This document shows, piece after piece, positions 27,146 through 38,700 of a stretch of DNA of 64,000 bases. How positions within the stretch are numbered: the stretch's first letter is position 1; the number at the start of each line of letters is the position of its first letter. The stretch is from the NCBI GenBank assembly GCA_043228905.1, contig JBHGNT010000017.1, positions 12,648,001-12,712,000 on the forward strand, given 5' to 3'. Source of the stretch: Azolla caroliniana (lineage: Eukaryota > Plantae > Polypodiophyta). The position numbers were made by a program, and so were the translations under genes. The notes under the pieces were generated by a model. It had not been told where the DNA came from and did no database searches. It saw only the letters and a program-made list of their open reading frames with translations.

Positions 27146-30100
27146 TTTCTGTGTTACCGTCGCTCTGATACCACTTTGTCGAAATTCCGTGCTCGGCCAC
27201 AACCGAGGAACTGGATCGATTCACAGAAAAACGGGAAATTCAACAATGCACGAAAACAATAGAGAGAAGGGTACACTGGATGTTTTACGTGGAAAACCCT
27301 AAATGGGAAAAACCACGGGAGTGCAAGACTCCAACTATCACTATACGCGGGAATGTACAATGGCGAGCTGCAAGGCGACGACCTTGAGCTCACTGTCCTC
27401 GCCACAGGCGGTGGTATTACACAGAGGCGTCGACCTCTTCCTTCCTCTTTCTCTCTCACTCTCTCTCGGCTGCTCTCACTTCGCTCCCTCTTAGTGGAAA
27501 ACAGAAAAATGAGCAACAACATAAACTGTTTGCCCTAAGTCATATTTATACACATATGACTTTCGGGCTATTTACAAATATAGCCTCAAGGGCTCTTGGC
27601 AAACATATTCACAAATATGTCCCCGCATCCGGATCTCCCTCCGGGTACATTCGTCATCCGGCTCCGTAACCGGGGTCTTCAGCATCCGGCTCCGTAGCCG
27701 GGGTATTCATCATCCGGCTCCGTAGCCGGGGTCTTCATCATCCGGCACCGTAGCCGGGGTATTCATCATCCGGCTCCGTAGCCGGGGTCTTCATCATCCG
27801 GCACCGTAGCCGGGGTCTTCATCATCCGGCTCCGTAGCCGGGGTCTTCATCATCCGGCACCGTAACCGCAACCGGGCTTGCCGTCATTCATCTCCGGACA
27901 TCCCATCCGGAGGGACCGAAATCCCAACATCTTGTTCTCCAATCTATGTCTGGGTTATGTAATTCGAACCATGGTAACCCCAAGACAATTGGATGATCTC
28001 GACTACTAATTATATTAAATGATACTACACACACCAAGTTATCTAGGACAACTTGAATAAGCTTTGACTCTACGATTTTTTCGGAAGCAATGGGATGACC
28101 ATCAATAACTACTATAGATGTTGGGTAAGAAAGTTTTCTTAGGGATATCTGATGAGCTTGGGCAAAATTCCTATCCATGAAGCAAGAGTTGACTCCGGAA
28201 TCTAAGAGTGCTAGGACATGTACTGGAGCAGTACTTTTAGTACTAACCATTACTTGAGCTCTGAACACATTGCTAACTTGCTTAGAGGAAATGGAACCAC
28301 TAATGGGCTACACAGATCTAGGGTTGTCCAACCAAACGGCTCCTATTTTGGTTGGACTTAATCGTTTAACTCTTCTTCTAGTTGACTAAGGATTTCAAAT
28401 TTGTTTGAAAGGCTTGGGCTATTAGGACTATTAGACACACCTAGAGAAATAGACTTGGGTTTAGTACTATTAGTACTAGCGGTTATTTGATTTACTTGCC
28501 TTCTTGGCCGATGGGGACAGTTCACTGCAATATGCTCCGGTCCACCGCAATAAAGACATAATCGATTTGCCCAACGTCGCTTCTTTTCTTCTTCCGATAG
28601 TGGTCCACGACAACGTGTGGTGTCAATTTCCATTGGAGCCAAGGTATTTATTGGAGAGGTATTAAATGACTCCCTTGGGAAAGGCTTTGCTACAACTGAA
28701 GCGTAGGTGGGCTCCGATCTTGCCCTCGTCATTTGAAACTGACGTGCCGAACGTTTTTCGAAGAGGTGGTATCACATCGTACTACGCGACTGCTTGCTTC
28801 TGTCAATAACTTTGGTTCTTCGGGGAAGGTCAAGAAAAAATCCTTGACATCGTTACGTAGTCCATAACGAAATTGCTCTATTAATGCTTGATCCTCCTAG
28901 GGGATATCGGAGGTGAGTAGACGGAAATGTGTAGCGTATGCGGAGGCTGGACGGTCACCTTGAAGTAATCATCGGATTTTGTCGATTGTTGTCCTTATGC
29001 TATTAGTATCTCCAAAAAAGGCTTTAAACTCACTTATACACTCTTCAAAATTGTTTAGTAATGGAGATTCCTTTTCTAACAACGGAGAGAACCATGCCAA
29101 AGCTGAGCCACTTAACAACATGCCTACTAGATCCACTCGTGATGCATCGGTGGGATATCGGGAAGGAAGCATTTGAATGACTAATCATACATGATTAAGG
29201 AATCCTCTAAACTGTGATCGCGTTCCACCGAATTTCATAGGAAGGCCGATCTTGGGTTCTTTATGAATCCCTTGCGTACTTGGTCCTTGTTGTTGCAACG
29301 TTACAATGGTCGCTTCGAGCTGTTGCAAGCGTGATGCTAGTTCCCCATGTTGTTTTTGTGTTTGCTGCTTCTCTAAGGAGATTTGTCGCAGATCCCCCAA
29401 AAACCGTTGATTTTCTTGTTCCAATGTAAGAAACTTCTCTTTAAAGCATTGCAACTCCGAGAAAACGGATTGATATTCTTCAGCACTGACAATGGCCATA
29501 GTATGAGAGAAAAGAGGAATAAGAGATTAGTATGAAGGAAGGGAGAAGTAAGATGATAAAAGGAAGAGGTGGAAGGAGACCAAAATCGGTTCAAACTGTT
29601 AGGAACAATACTAAGATAGAGAATTATTGTCAGGAACAGTACTAAGACAGAGAAGGAATTAGTACTAAAAGGTGTGGATTAGTATTAAGAGAGGTGTAGA
29701 ACTCTTGAAAGAAGGAAAGAGTCAGAGAGAGAGGGAGAGAGGGAGAGAGGGAGAGAGAGAGAGAGAGAGAATGATGATAACAAAAGATATATATTATGTG
29801 AAGAGAATATACAGTAGTAGCTAGGAGGCTTAAGACTAGCGTTGAACCAATTTAGTTTGAAATAATGCCTTGTGCCTTCTTATATAGTGTTTTCAGGAGT
29901 ACTCTTGAAGTTTCTAGAGTGCCAGAGAAATCTGGAATATACATCAATTTTCTATAATGAAATAATAAATAAAAATAATATTTTTCGTATTACAATGTAT
30001 AGTTTAATGGTAAGGGCTCGGCCCATGTAACATAAGGTCATGGGTTTGAATCTTCCCAAGTCATGATAGTTAATGCTTTTCTAAATCACGGTCACCACAC

Positions 30101-30156
30101 ATCGATCGATTGCCATCCCTCAAAAGAAAACAATCAACAAACAAAACATTAGAAAC

Positions 30157-30410
30157 ATGGCTTGGATACCAATTGTTAGAGCTTAGATCTAAAGTAAGCA
30201 TATGATAAGGATATAATAGATATAAAATAAGAAAGGAGAGAGAAACAAGGGTGCCGATCCAACCGACCACCCCCGAGCGAAGGGATCAAGATGAACTCGA
30301 GCCTCGATTGGTATACCATACCACCGCCGTGGCGTCGAGTTGTACCTGGTGCTGTGTCACTCGCTACAAGAGTTGAGCCACCACAAGAACGGAGTCTCGA
30401 CATAGTCAAG
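30157..30410 (-). repeat. 3' part of a family C LTR with adjacent iMet-like PBS
   Basis: Inverted homologue of 10095-10330. The minus strand reads ...CTCTAACA AT TGGTATCCAAGCCATG. Confidence 0.7.
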
Positions 30411-32917
30411 AAATCTTAAATGATTTCCGTGATGTTTTTCCAAGTGAACTACCACATGGGTTACCTCCTAAACATAATATACACCATCGTATAGATATTG
30501 TACCTTGTGTTGCACCAATAAGTATACCGCCTTATCGCTTAAGTCGATCCGAAGAGGATGAGGTATCTAAGCAACTCAAGGACTATTTACAAATGGGTTA
30601 TACAGGTTATAGTAAATCTCCATGCCGGGTGTACCTGTTCTCTTGGTAAAAAAGAAAGAGGGCACATGGCGTATGTGTATTAATTACCGACGCTTGAATA
30701 AAGTGACGATCAAGAATTCATATCCATTGCCCCGGCCTGACAATCTAATAAACTGTCTCCAGAGAGTTCGGTATTTTACGAAACTTGATGTCCGTACAAA
30801 CTACCATCAAATTCCTAAAACGGCATTTCGTACGCACTATGGCCATTATGAGTTTTTGGTTATGCCTTTCAGTTTGACCAATGCTCCGAACACATTTCAA
30901 CAAGAAATGAATGACATTTTCCAAGAACAACTTGGAAAATTTGTCGTTATTTTCTTGGATGATATTCTAGTTTATAGCCGTATATTAGAAGAACATGTTA
31001 AACATGTCCACTTTGTTTTACAAACATTGTGCGACAAACAGTTTTACACGAAGATATCAAAATGCAAGTTCTTCAAGAAATCAATTACTTATCTTGGACA
31101 TTTCATAACCGAACGAGGAGTTGAAATTGATCCTTCTCGCATTGAGAAAGTCAAACTTTGGCCCACTCTTTGGAATATTCGAGAAGTTCGATCATTCCTT
31201 GGTTTTGTCGGGTTTTTGCGAAAATCTCCTCGCAATTATTCGCAATTGATGATGCCATTTATTGATCTTCTCAAAGGTCAAACACGTAAGTCTACAGAAC
31301 CTATTGTGTGGAATGCTACACTAGACCTCACCGTTAAGGAACTCAAGTACCTGGTCTACAAGGCTCCTTCTCTTCTTTTACTAGATCCTTCAAAACCTTT
31401 TTAGGTTGAAACCGACGCAAGTGATTATGCTATAGGTGTCATCCTATATCAAGATGGTAAACCAATAGCATTTGAGAGGAAGAAACTTGATTGTGCAAGA
31501 AAAGGACTTATTTGCAGTTATTCATGCGCTCAAGACATGGCGCCATTATCTTTATGGAAATCGTTTTGTGATAACTACGGACCATGAGTCCTTGAAATAT
31601 TTTTGTGACCAACAAGACCTTAACAAGGCACCCTCAACAAGGCACCCTGGAATACATCGCACATTCGTTCTCATCTCCACTCAATTCTATTGGCCTAAGA
31701 TGCACACTGACATACATAGCTATGTGACTAAATGTCACCAGTGTCAGGTTAACAAAGCCAAGCGACTTAAAGCCACTAGAATTTTACATCCCTTGGAAAT
31801 TCCCAATAATAAGTGAGAAAGTATATCAATGGATTTTATTGTTAGCATTCCTCGCACCCAAAAAGGCCATGATGTCGTCAGGGTTGTGGTTGATCGACTA
31901 ACTAAAATGGCCAGATTTATTGCTACTAAAACCATGGTAACAGCTCCTAAATTTGGCTTACCAATTCGTTGATGAGTTATTTCGTTTTTATGGGTTACCG
32001 ATGGACATCGTGAGTGATCGAGATCCAAAGTTTACTAGTGACTTTTGGATGCAGATCTTTAAGAAGTTAGAAACTACATTGAGCATGAGCTCCACGGATA
32101 ATCCTCAATCCGATTGAAATACAAAACGAGTAAATCAAATTATTCAAGACATGCTTCGAGCATACGTTAGTGCAAAACCAACAAAATGGGAACGTTATCT
32201 CCCCATTTTGCAGTTTTCTTATAACAGCTCCAAGCATACGTCGACGGGATATAGTCTTTTTATGTTGATGTATGGTTTTATGTTTATGTATGGTTTTCTG
32301 CCAGGAGCCCCGATTGATGTTAATATACATCATGATGAGTTGCGAAGTACACAAAAATTTCTTTGGGATATGCAAGATATGTTGCATATTGCACGAGATA
32401 ATATAAAAAATAGTTCAAGATAGAGAGCGTTTTTATGCCGATCATAAAAGGCAACCTCGTGTATTCAACCCTAGACAGAAAGTATTTTTACGTGTACCTC
32501 ACAAGTCTAAGACATTGTCTATGGGTAAGTGCGCTAAGTTAACCGCATGGTTTTTTGAACCTTTTATAGTCCTCAAACACATTGGCTCATCAACCTATCG
32601 TCTCGCTATTCCTGATGGCGTTGAAATCCATCCAGTTTTTCATGTAAGTCGTCTAAAAGAACTTCTTGGTTCTGGTGACAATTCAGTGACAACTGAAACT
32701 TTGGTTACTTCTGAAGAATTATGTTATTAACCACATGTACTACAGAGAGTTCTCAATGTTAAACCAAAAAGTTTGTGTTCTAAAATAATCCGAGAATTTA
32801 AAATAAAATGAATGGATAAATCTATCAAAGATGCCACATGGGAACACGAAAATACTCTTAGAACTAACTTTCCAATGCAAGAGTGCAATGTCTTAAATAG
32901 GGAGAGTATGTTAAAGG
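30411..32917 (+). mobile_element. Decayed chromovirus-type gypsy G3 pol (RT, RNase H, INT, chromodomain), PPT and first bases of its 3' LTR (32909)
   Basis: ORF 30622..31404 (VVIFLDD), 31472..31816 and 32151..32423; HPVFHVSRLK; IKDATWEHENTLRTNFP near 32820-32875; AGGGAGAGTA then TGTTA. The LTR appears to resume at 49134 as family C. Confidence 0.88.
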
Positions 32918-35771
32918 TGTCATTTCCATGACAACGGTGATGTTATGATTCGAACTCGTGACCTATTGTATTTAATCGATATGTTTTAACCAATACATCC
33001 AATACATAATCATGTTAGCTTACTAGATTATTGTAGATTATCTATTCTACATGTAGGATTTTAGAAGCTTCCAGAAAGCTCCAGAATCTAGAACATTCTA
33101 GAAGCTTGTGCATGAAAATGAGTATTTGCATGGGGCTACATTTAGAGCCCATAAACATGTATAAATATAGGGGTTCACCTTGGCCTTAGTCAAGGTGAAC
33201 AACACCAGTTACGGAATCATAATTCAGTTCTTGTTCTCTGACTACTTTCTCTCTCTCTTTCTTATTATCTTGTCTATGATCTCTCTCTTAGTATTGAGCC
33301 TTGTCTACATGTCCATGATAGTTTGTTCACCTTCCATCTCTAAAGCCTCATCATGTCAGATTCTACCGAGAACATAAATCAACTATTGGCAACCATGCAT
33401 CAACTTCAACTTGAAAATGAGAATATTTGGGAATCTCTCCAGAAACTCCAAGCTAGGACTCCAATGGAATTGGAGAATGAAGAACCCAAGTGCCCTCCTA
33501 CATCAAGGAATCTCCAATCTATAGATCTTGGCCCCTCGTCAATCCTCACTCCAATTCCTCTTGGCCCCACTTTAACTATAGAACCCAATGTTAGTTTACC
33601 TGACAAGTTCGATGGCACAAGGGTGCGATTCTAGGGGTTCATAAATCAGATCAAGATTATTATCCAGCTACAACCCCAAAGATATGCAAATGATTTTTGC
33701 TGAGTTGGCCTCGTTAGGACTCTCCTCTTGGGAGCTGCACAAAGCTGGTTCGCACCTTTGATCGAAACATCATTGCCAGTTCTCGACAATTTTTCTGCTT
33801 TCCTAAAGGAGTTCGAGGCAACATTTGAGGATATGGATTGGCGTCGAACAACTCTATTCATTACATCAAGGTAAGCGTCCAGTGTCTGTTTATGCATCCG
33901 AATTTAGACAATTGGCATGTGATGTTCATTGGGACGACCAAGCCCTTATTGACCATTTTCATCGGGGCATTCAAAGTGATGTTAGGAATCTACTACTAAA
34001 CTTCCTGGAGCTGACTTCATTATCACAAGCCATCAAGCAAGAAGTCAATTGTGACAACCACCTTTTTGAACTTCGACTAGAGGAACATGCAACTTCCAAG
34101 TTGTGGCCCTTTCTCCATGTTAAACCTATGGTACAACCCCAAGTGACTATGAGATCTCCTCCAACGACATCGTTCAATGATCATATGCCAATGGAAATTG
34201 ATCCAGCTCGAGCCCCACTCACCACAGCCGAACGACACCATCGACGAACCAATGGGCTATGTCTATACTACTACACCTCTACCCATCTAATTCGTTTTTG
34301 CCCACTCAAAAGCAATCTACGACAAGTCTATTAGGACAATCCAAATAGTGGGTCCCAACATTCAGAAAATGACAATGTCCACCTACAATAGGAGCCATGC
34401 GGTTGGACAATAGACATACATGCTGCTCCCAAAGTTCTACTAACGACTTTTCTTTTGAGGTAAATCTCTGTTTCCAGTCTATTTCAATTCAATCCTTAGC
34501 GCTACTCGATTCCGGGGCCACGACATGTTTTATGGATGAAACATTCATTCGTAAACACTTTCCTGTTCTCTAGTTGTCCAAGCCTATCCCAGTTGAAGCT
34601 ATGGATGGGCGAATGCTCTCCTCTGGCGTAGTCACCAAAGCCACATTCCCACTTATTTTGCAACTCAGGACCCATCAAGAGGCCTTATTATTTTACCTCA
34701 TCACTTCACCACGACATCCAATCATACTTGGGTTGTCTTGGTTGAAAACGAATAACCCTAATATAGATTGGCACAACCACTCACTTACTTTTCAACTGCA
34801 AACTCACATGGAGGTTGGAGCAACTTCCAATGTCGTTGTGTCAGAATGGCCCGAATAATTTTCTGTCGAGCACTCCTGCATTCAACTTGGACCAATGCTC
34901 TTGGATGCTCATGCCCCAGTCACAATGCACTCCATCTCAATGGGCAATGACTCAGAGTGGAGTACCCTAGCTTTGGTTCCTATGAAAGCCAATTTGGACT
35001 CGCTTCCATCCAAATATGGTGACTTTGCTGATGTCTTCGAGAAGAAGAATGCACATCACTTACCGGAGCATCGACCATATGATTTTCCGATCGATCTACA
35101 TGTTGGGATTACGGTCCCTCCGGATGGGATGTCCGGAGATGAATGACGGCAAGCCCGGTTGCGGTTACGGAACCGGATGATGAAGACCCCGGTTACGGAG
35201 CCGGATGATGAAGACCCCGGTTACGGAACCGGATGATGAAGACCCCGGTTACGGAGCCGGATGATGAAAACCCCGGTTACGGAACCGGATGATGAATGTA
35301 CCCGGAGAGAGATCCGGATGCGGAGACATATTTGTGAATATGTTTGCCAAGAGCCCTTGAGGCTATATTTGTAAATAGCCCGAAAGTCATATGTGTATAA
35401 ATATGACTTAGGGCAAACAGTTTTATGTTGTTGCTCATTGTCTGTTTTTCCACTTAGCGGGAGCGAAGTGAGAGCAGCCGAGAGAGAGAGAGAGAGAAAC
35501 GAAGAGGTCGACGCCTCTGTGTAATACCGCCGCCTGTGGCGAGGACAGCGAGCTCAAGGTCGTCGCCTTGCAGCTCGCCATTGTATATTCCAGTGTATAG
35601 TGGTAGTTGGAGTCGTGCACTCCCGTGGTTTTTCCCGTTTAGGGTTTTCCACGTTATACCCTGTGTATTCATCTCTCTGTGTCTTTGTTTTATTTTTCTG
35701 CTGCATTGATCAGTGTTGTCTCGGTTGTGGCCGAGAGGCGAAAGATTTGATAGCGTCAAAGCTTTACAAAG

Positions 35772-35783
35772 TGGTATCAGAGC
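35772..35783 (+). promoter_or_regulatory. Primer-binding site for initiator tRNA-Met
   Basis: TGGTATCAGAGC, 3 nt after the 5' LTR; the canonical plant iMet PBS. Confidence 0.97.
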
Positions 35784-35799
35784 GACGATAACACAGAAG

Positions 35800-38700
35800 A
35801 TGGAAGGCGGCGGTAGCGGGCAGCCGGGAATGATGGTGCTGAATGCGCAGAATTACGCCGACTGGAAGATCAAGATGGAGGATCTTCTGATTGTTCGGGA
35901 CCTGTACGAACCGATTGACAGGTCGGAAATACCGAAGGGAGTACTTGAGTCGGAGTGGAAGCTCCTGAACCGGAAAGCAGTAGCGACGATCCGGCAATAT
36001 GTCGATGTAAGTGTCCTGCAACATGTGGCGAACGATACGAACGCCTATGAGATGTGGAAGAAGCTGTCGGGCCTCTATGAGAGGAAGAATGCGTTGAACC
36101 GGACCTCCCTGATGAGAAAGATGGTGAACCTCAAGTACCGGGACGGCGAGAGTATGGTGGAACACGTAAGCACGTTCATGGGATTCGTGAACCAGCTTGC
36201 GGCGATCAAGTTCCCGTTGGAGGATGCAATGCAAGCCATCATCCTGATGTGTACATTGCCGGACAGCTGGGAGAACTTGGTGGTGACTCTCAGCACCTCC
36301 TGCACGGAAGACAACTTGTCCCTACAAACGGTAAAGACAAGTATTCTAAATGAAGAAGCGCGTCGGAGAGATAAAGAACCGGCCTCCGACTCGAAGGCGC
36401 TGCTTACCGAATCGGAACGGGGAAGACACTGGAACCGGAGTCCGCAAAGACGGGAGAAGTCGGGGACCCGGTCGCAGTCAAGAGGAAGACCCATTTGCTT
36501 CCACTGTGGGAAGCCGGGGCACTTCCGGAAAAATTGTCGGCATTACCGAAAGGACAACGGAGCCGACGACACCGATTCGAAGAAGTCACCGGAGAGAAAC
36601 GGTGCATACCGGGGAGCCACGGACCGGAGAGGTCCGGATCGGCGAGGGCAGGACCGGAAAGGAACGACGGCACTCGCGGCAAGTGAAGAAGAGATAATGC
36701 TCATTACCGAAGAGAGGGAGCTGAACCTTGCCGGCGTAGAGATGACCTGGGTGGTCGATTCCGGAGCGTCGTTCCACCTGACCCCGGAGAAGAAATGCTT
36801 CTCATCCTACACAGCCGGTGAGCACGGGTTTGTCCGGATGGGAAATGAAGGTACATGCCGAATTGCCGGTATAGGAGACGTGTGGCTGATGACATCAACC
36901 GGATGCAAGATGCTGTTGAAGGATGTGCGACACGTTCCGGAGGTCCGATTGAACCTGATCTCGGCCGGGAGGCTAGATGATGAAGGCTACACGGGTAGCA
37001 TCCGGAACGGCGTAATGAAGTTCAGCAAGGGGAGCCTGATAGTGGCTCGGGCCCGGAAGGTCAACACTCTGTACCTGATGAATGCCCAGTTATGTCCGGA
37101 AGAGCTGAATGTAGCAGCCGACACTGCCGGTGAGCTGTGGCACAAAAGACTGTGCCACATGAGTGAGAAGGGGATGAAGAGGCTTGCAGAAGACAACCTT
37201 ATTCCAGTGAAGCATGTGCACCTGGAGAAGTGCACCGACTGCCTGGCCGGTAAGCAAAACCGGACCTCCTTCCACTCAAGGCCACCGACGAGACGTAGCG
37301 CACCCTTGGAGCTGGTGCACACTGATGTGTGTCAGGTAGAAACGAAGTCACATGGCGGAGCCCAGTACTTCGTGACATTCATTGATGACCACAGCCGGAA
37401 GCTGTGGACGGCACCGTTGAAGACAAAGGACCAAGTGTTGTCCGTCTTCAGAGAACTCCACGCGAGAGTGGAAAGAGAATCCGGCAAGAAGCTGAAAGCG
37501 ATACGAGCGGATAACGGAGGGGAATACCGGGGGCAGTTCCAGGAGTACTGCCGCTCGAAGGGAATCCGGCTCGAGTTTACTGTGCCGAAGACGCCGGAAC
37601 TGAACGGGCTGGCCGAGAGGATGAACCGGACCATAATGGAGAGGGTCCGGAGTATGCTAGCGCATGCGAAACTACCCAAGGGATTTTGGGCTGAGGCAAT
37701 GTCGACGGCGACGTATGTGATAAATAGATCACCCTCAGTACCTTTGGACGGAGACACGCCGCAGAAAGTGTGGACCGGTAAGGAAGTGTCCTACCGGCAT
37801 CTGAAGGTGTTCGGGTGTCTCACATACGTGCATGTGGCAAAGGACCGGAGAGGAAAGTTAGATCCAAAGACCCGGCCATGCATATTCCTCGGTTACGGCG
37901 ACGACGAGTTCGGCTACCGAGTATGGGACCCGGTCGACAAGAAGATATTCAGGAGTCGAGATATCATTTTCATGGAGGACAAGACGCTCGCCGACTGGGA
38001 GTCGGAGAAGAAGATGAAGAGCTCCAAGTCGACCGGTGAGGATAAACTCTACGAGGAGCAGTCCCGACCGGCAAGGGACCGGTTAACACTCGAAGACCCG
38101 GCCGAAGACGGTGAAGAAACAGAACCGGCTGAAGAAGATGAAAATGATACCGGAACCGGCCCCGATCCCGAAATGGATTCGGATGAAGAAGAAGAATCGG
38201 AAGAACCGGTTACCGAAGCTCCCGAACGGAGATATCCTCTAAGAGAGAGAAGGGCCCCCCGGAGATTTCCGGAACCAGAGCACGTGCTGCTAACCGACGA
38301 GGGGGAGCCGGAGAGCTTTGAAGAAGCAAAGCACGACACCCAGAGCCGCAGGTGGTTAAGTGCCATGCAGGAGGAGATGGATTCCCTGCATGAGAACCAC
38401 ACATATGAACTTGTGGAGTTGCCGAAAGGAAAGCGGGCACTTCGAAACAAGTGGGTGTTCAAGCTGAAACCGGGAGATGCCGGAAACCCCCAGAGATACA
38501 AAGCCAGGATCGTGGTGAAGGGGTTCCAGCAGAAGAAGGGCGTCGACTTCGACGAGATATTTGCCCCGGTAGTGAAGATGACCTCCATCCGGACGGTGCT
38601 GAGCATAGCGGCAAGCATGGACCTCGAGGTAGAACAGATGGACGTGAAGACGGCATTCCTTCACGGTGACCTCGAAGAAGAGATCTACATGCAGCAACCG

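Larger units (their letters stand above)
22282..27929 (-). mobile_element. Young full-length Tnt1-like Ty1/copia element A1
   Basis: LTRs 22282-23062 (781 bp) and 27177-27929 (753 bp), TG...CA. TSD TCTTG at 22277-22281 and 27930-27934. iMet PBS at 27162-27173. PPT adjacent to 23062. Confidence 0.98.
20218..30058 (-). mobile_element. Chromovirus-type Ty3/gypsy element G1 (decayed, integrase core deleted); 5' LTR 29597-30058, truncated 3' LTR 20218-20568; interrupted by a young copia
   Basis: Matching LTRs and PPT complement CTATCCCCCC at 20569-20578. gag pieces in 29499-28358 with CLYCGGPEHIAVNC; protease ALLDSG (27888..28268); RT YLDD (21224..21604); partial RNase H; chromodomain ILDSKIVHNKLYYLVDWLGY (20651..20956). 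Confidence 0.93.
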
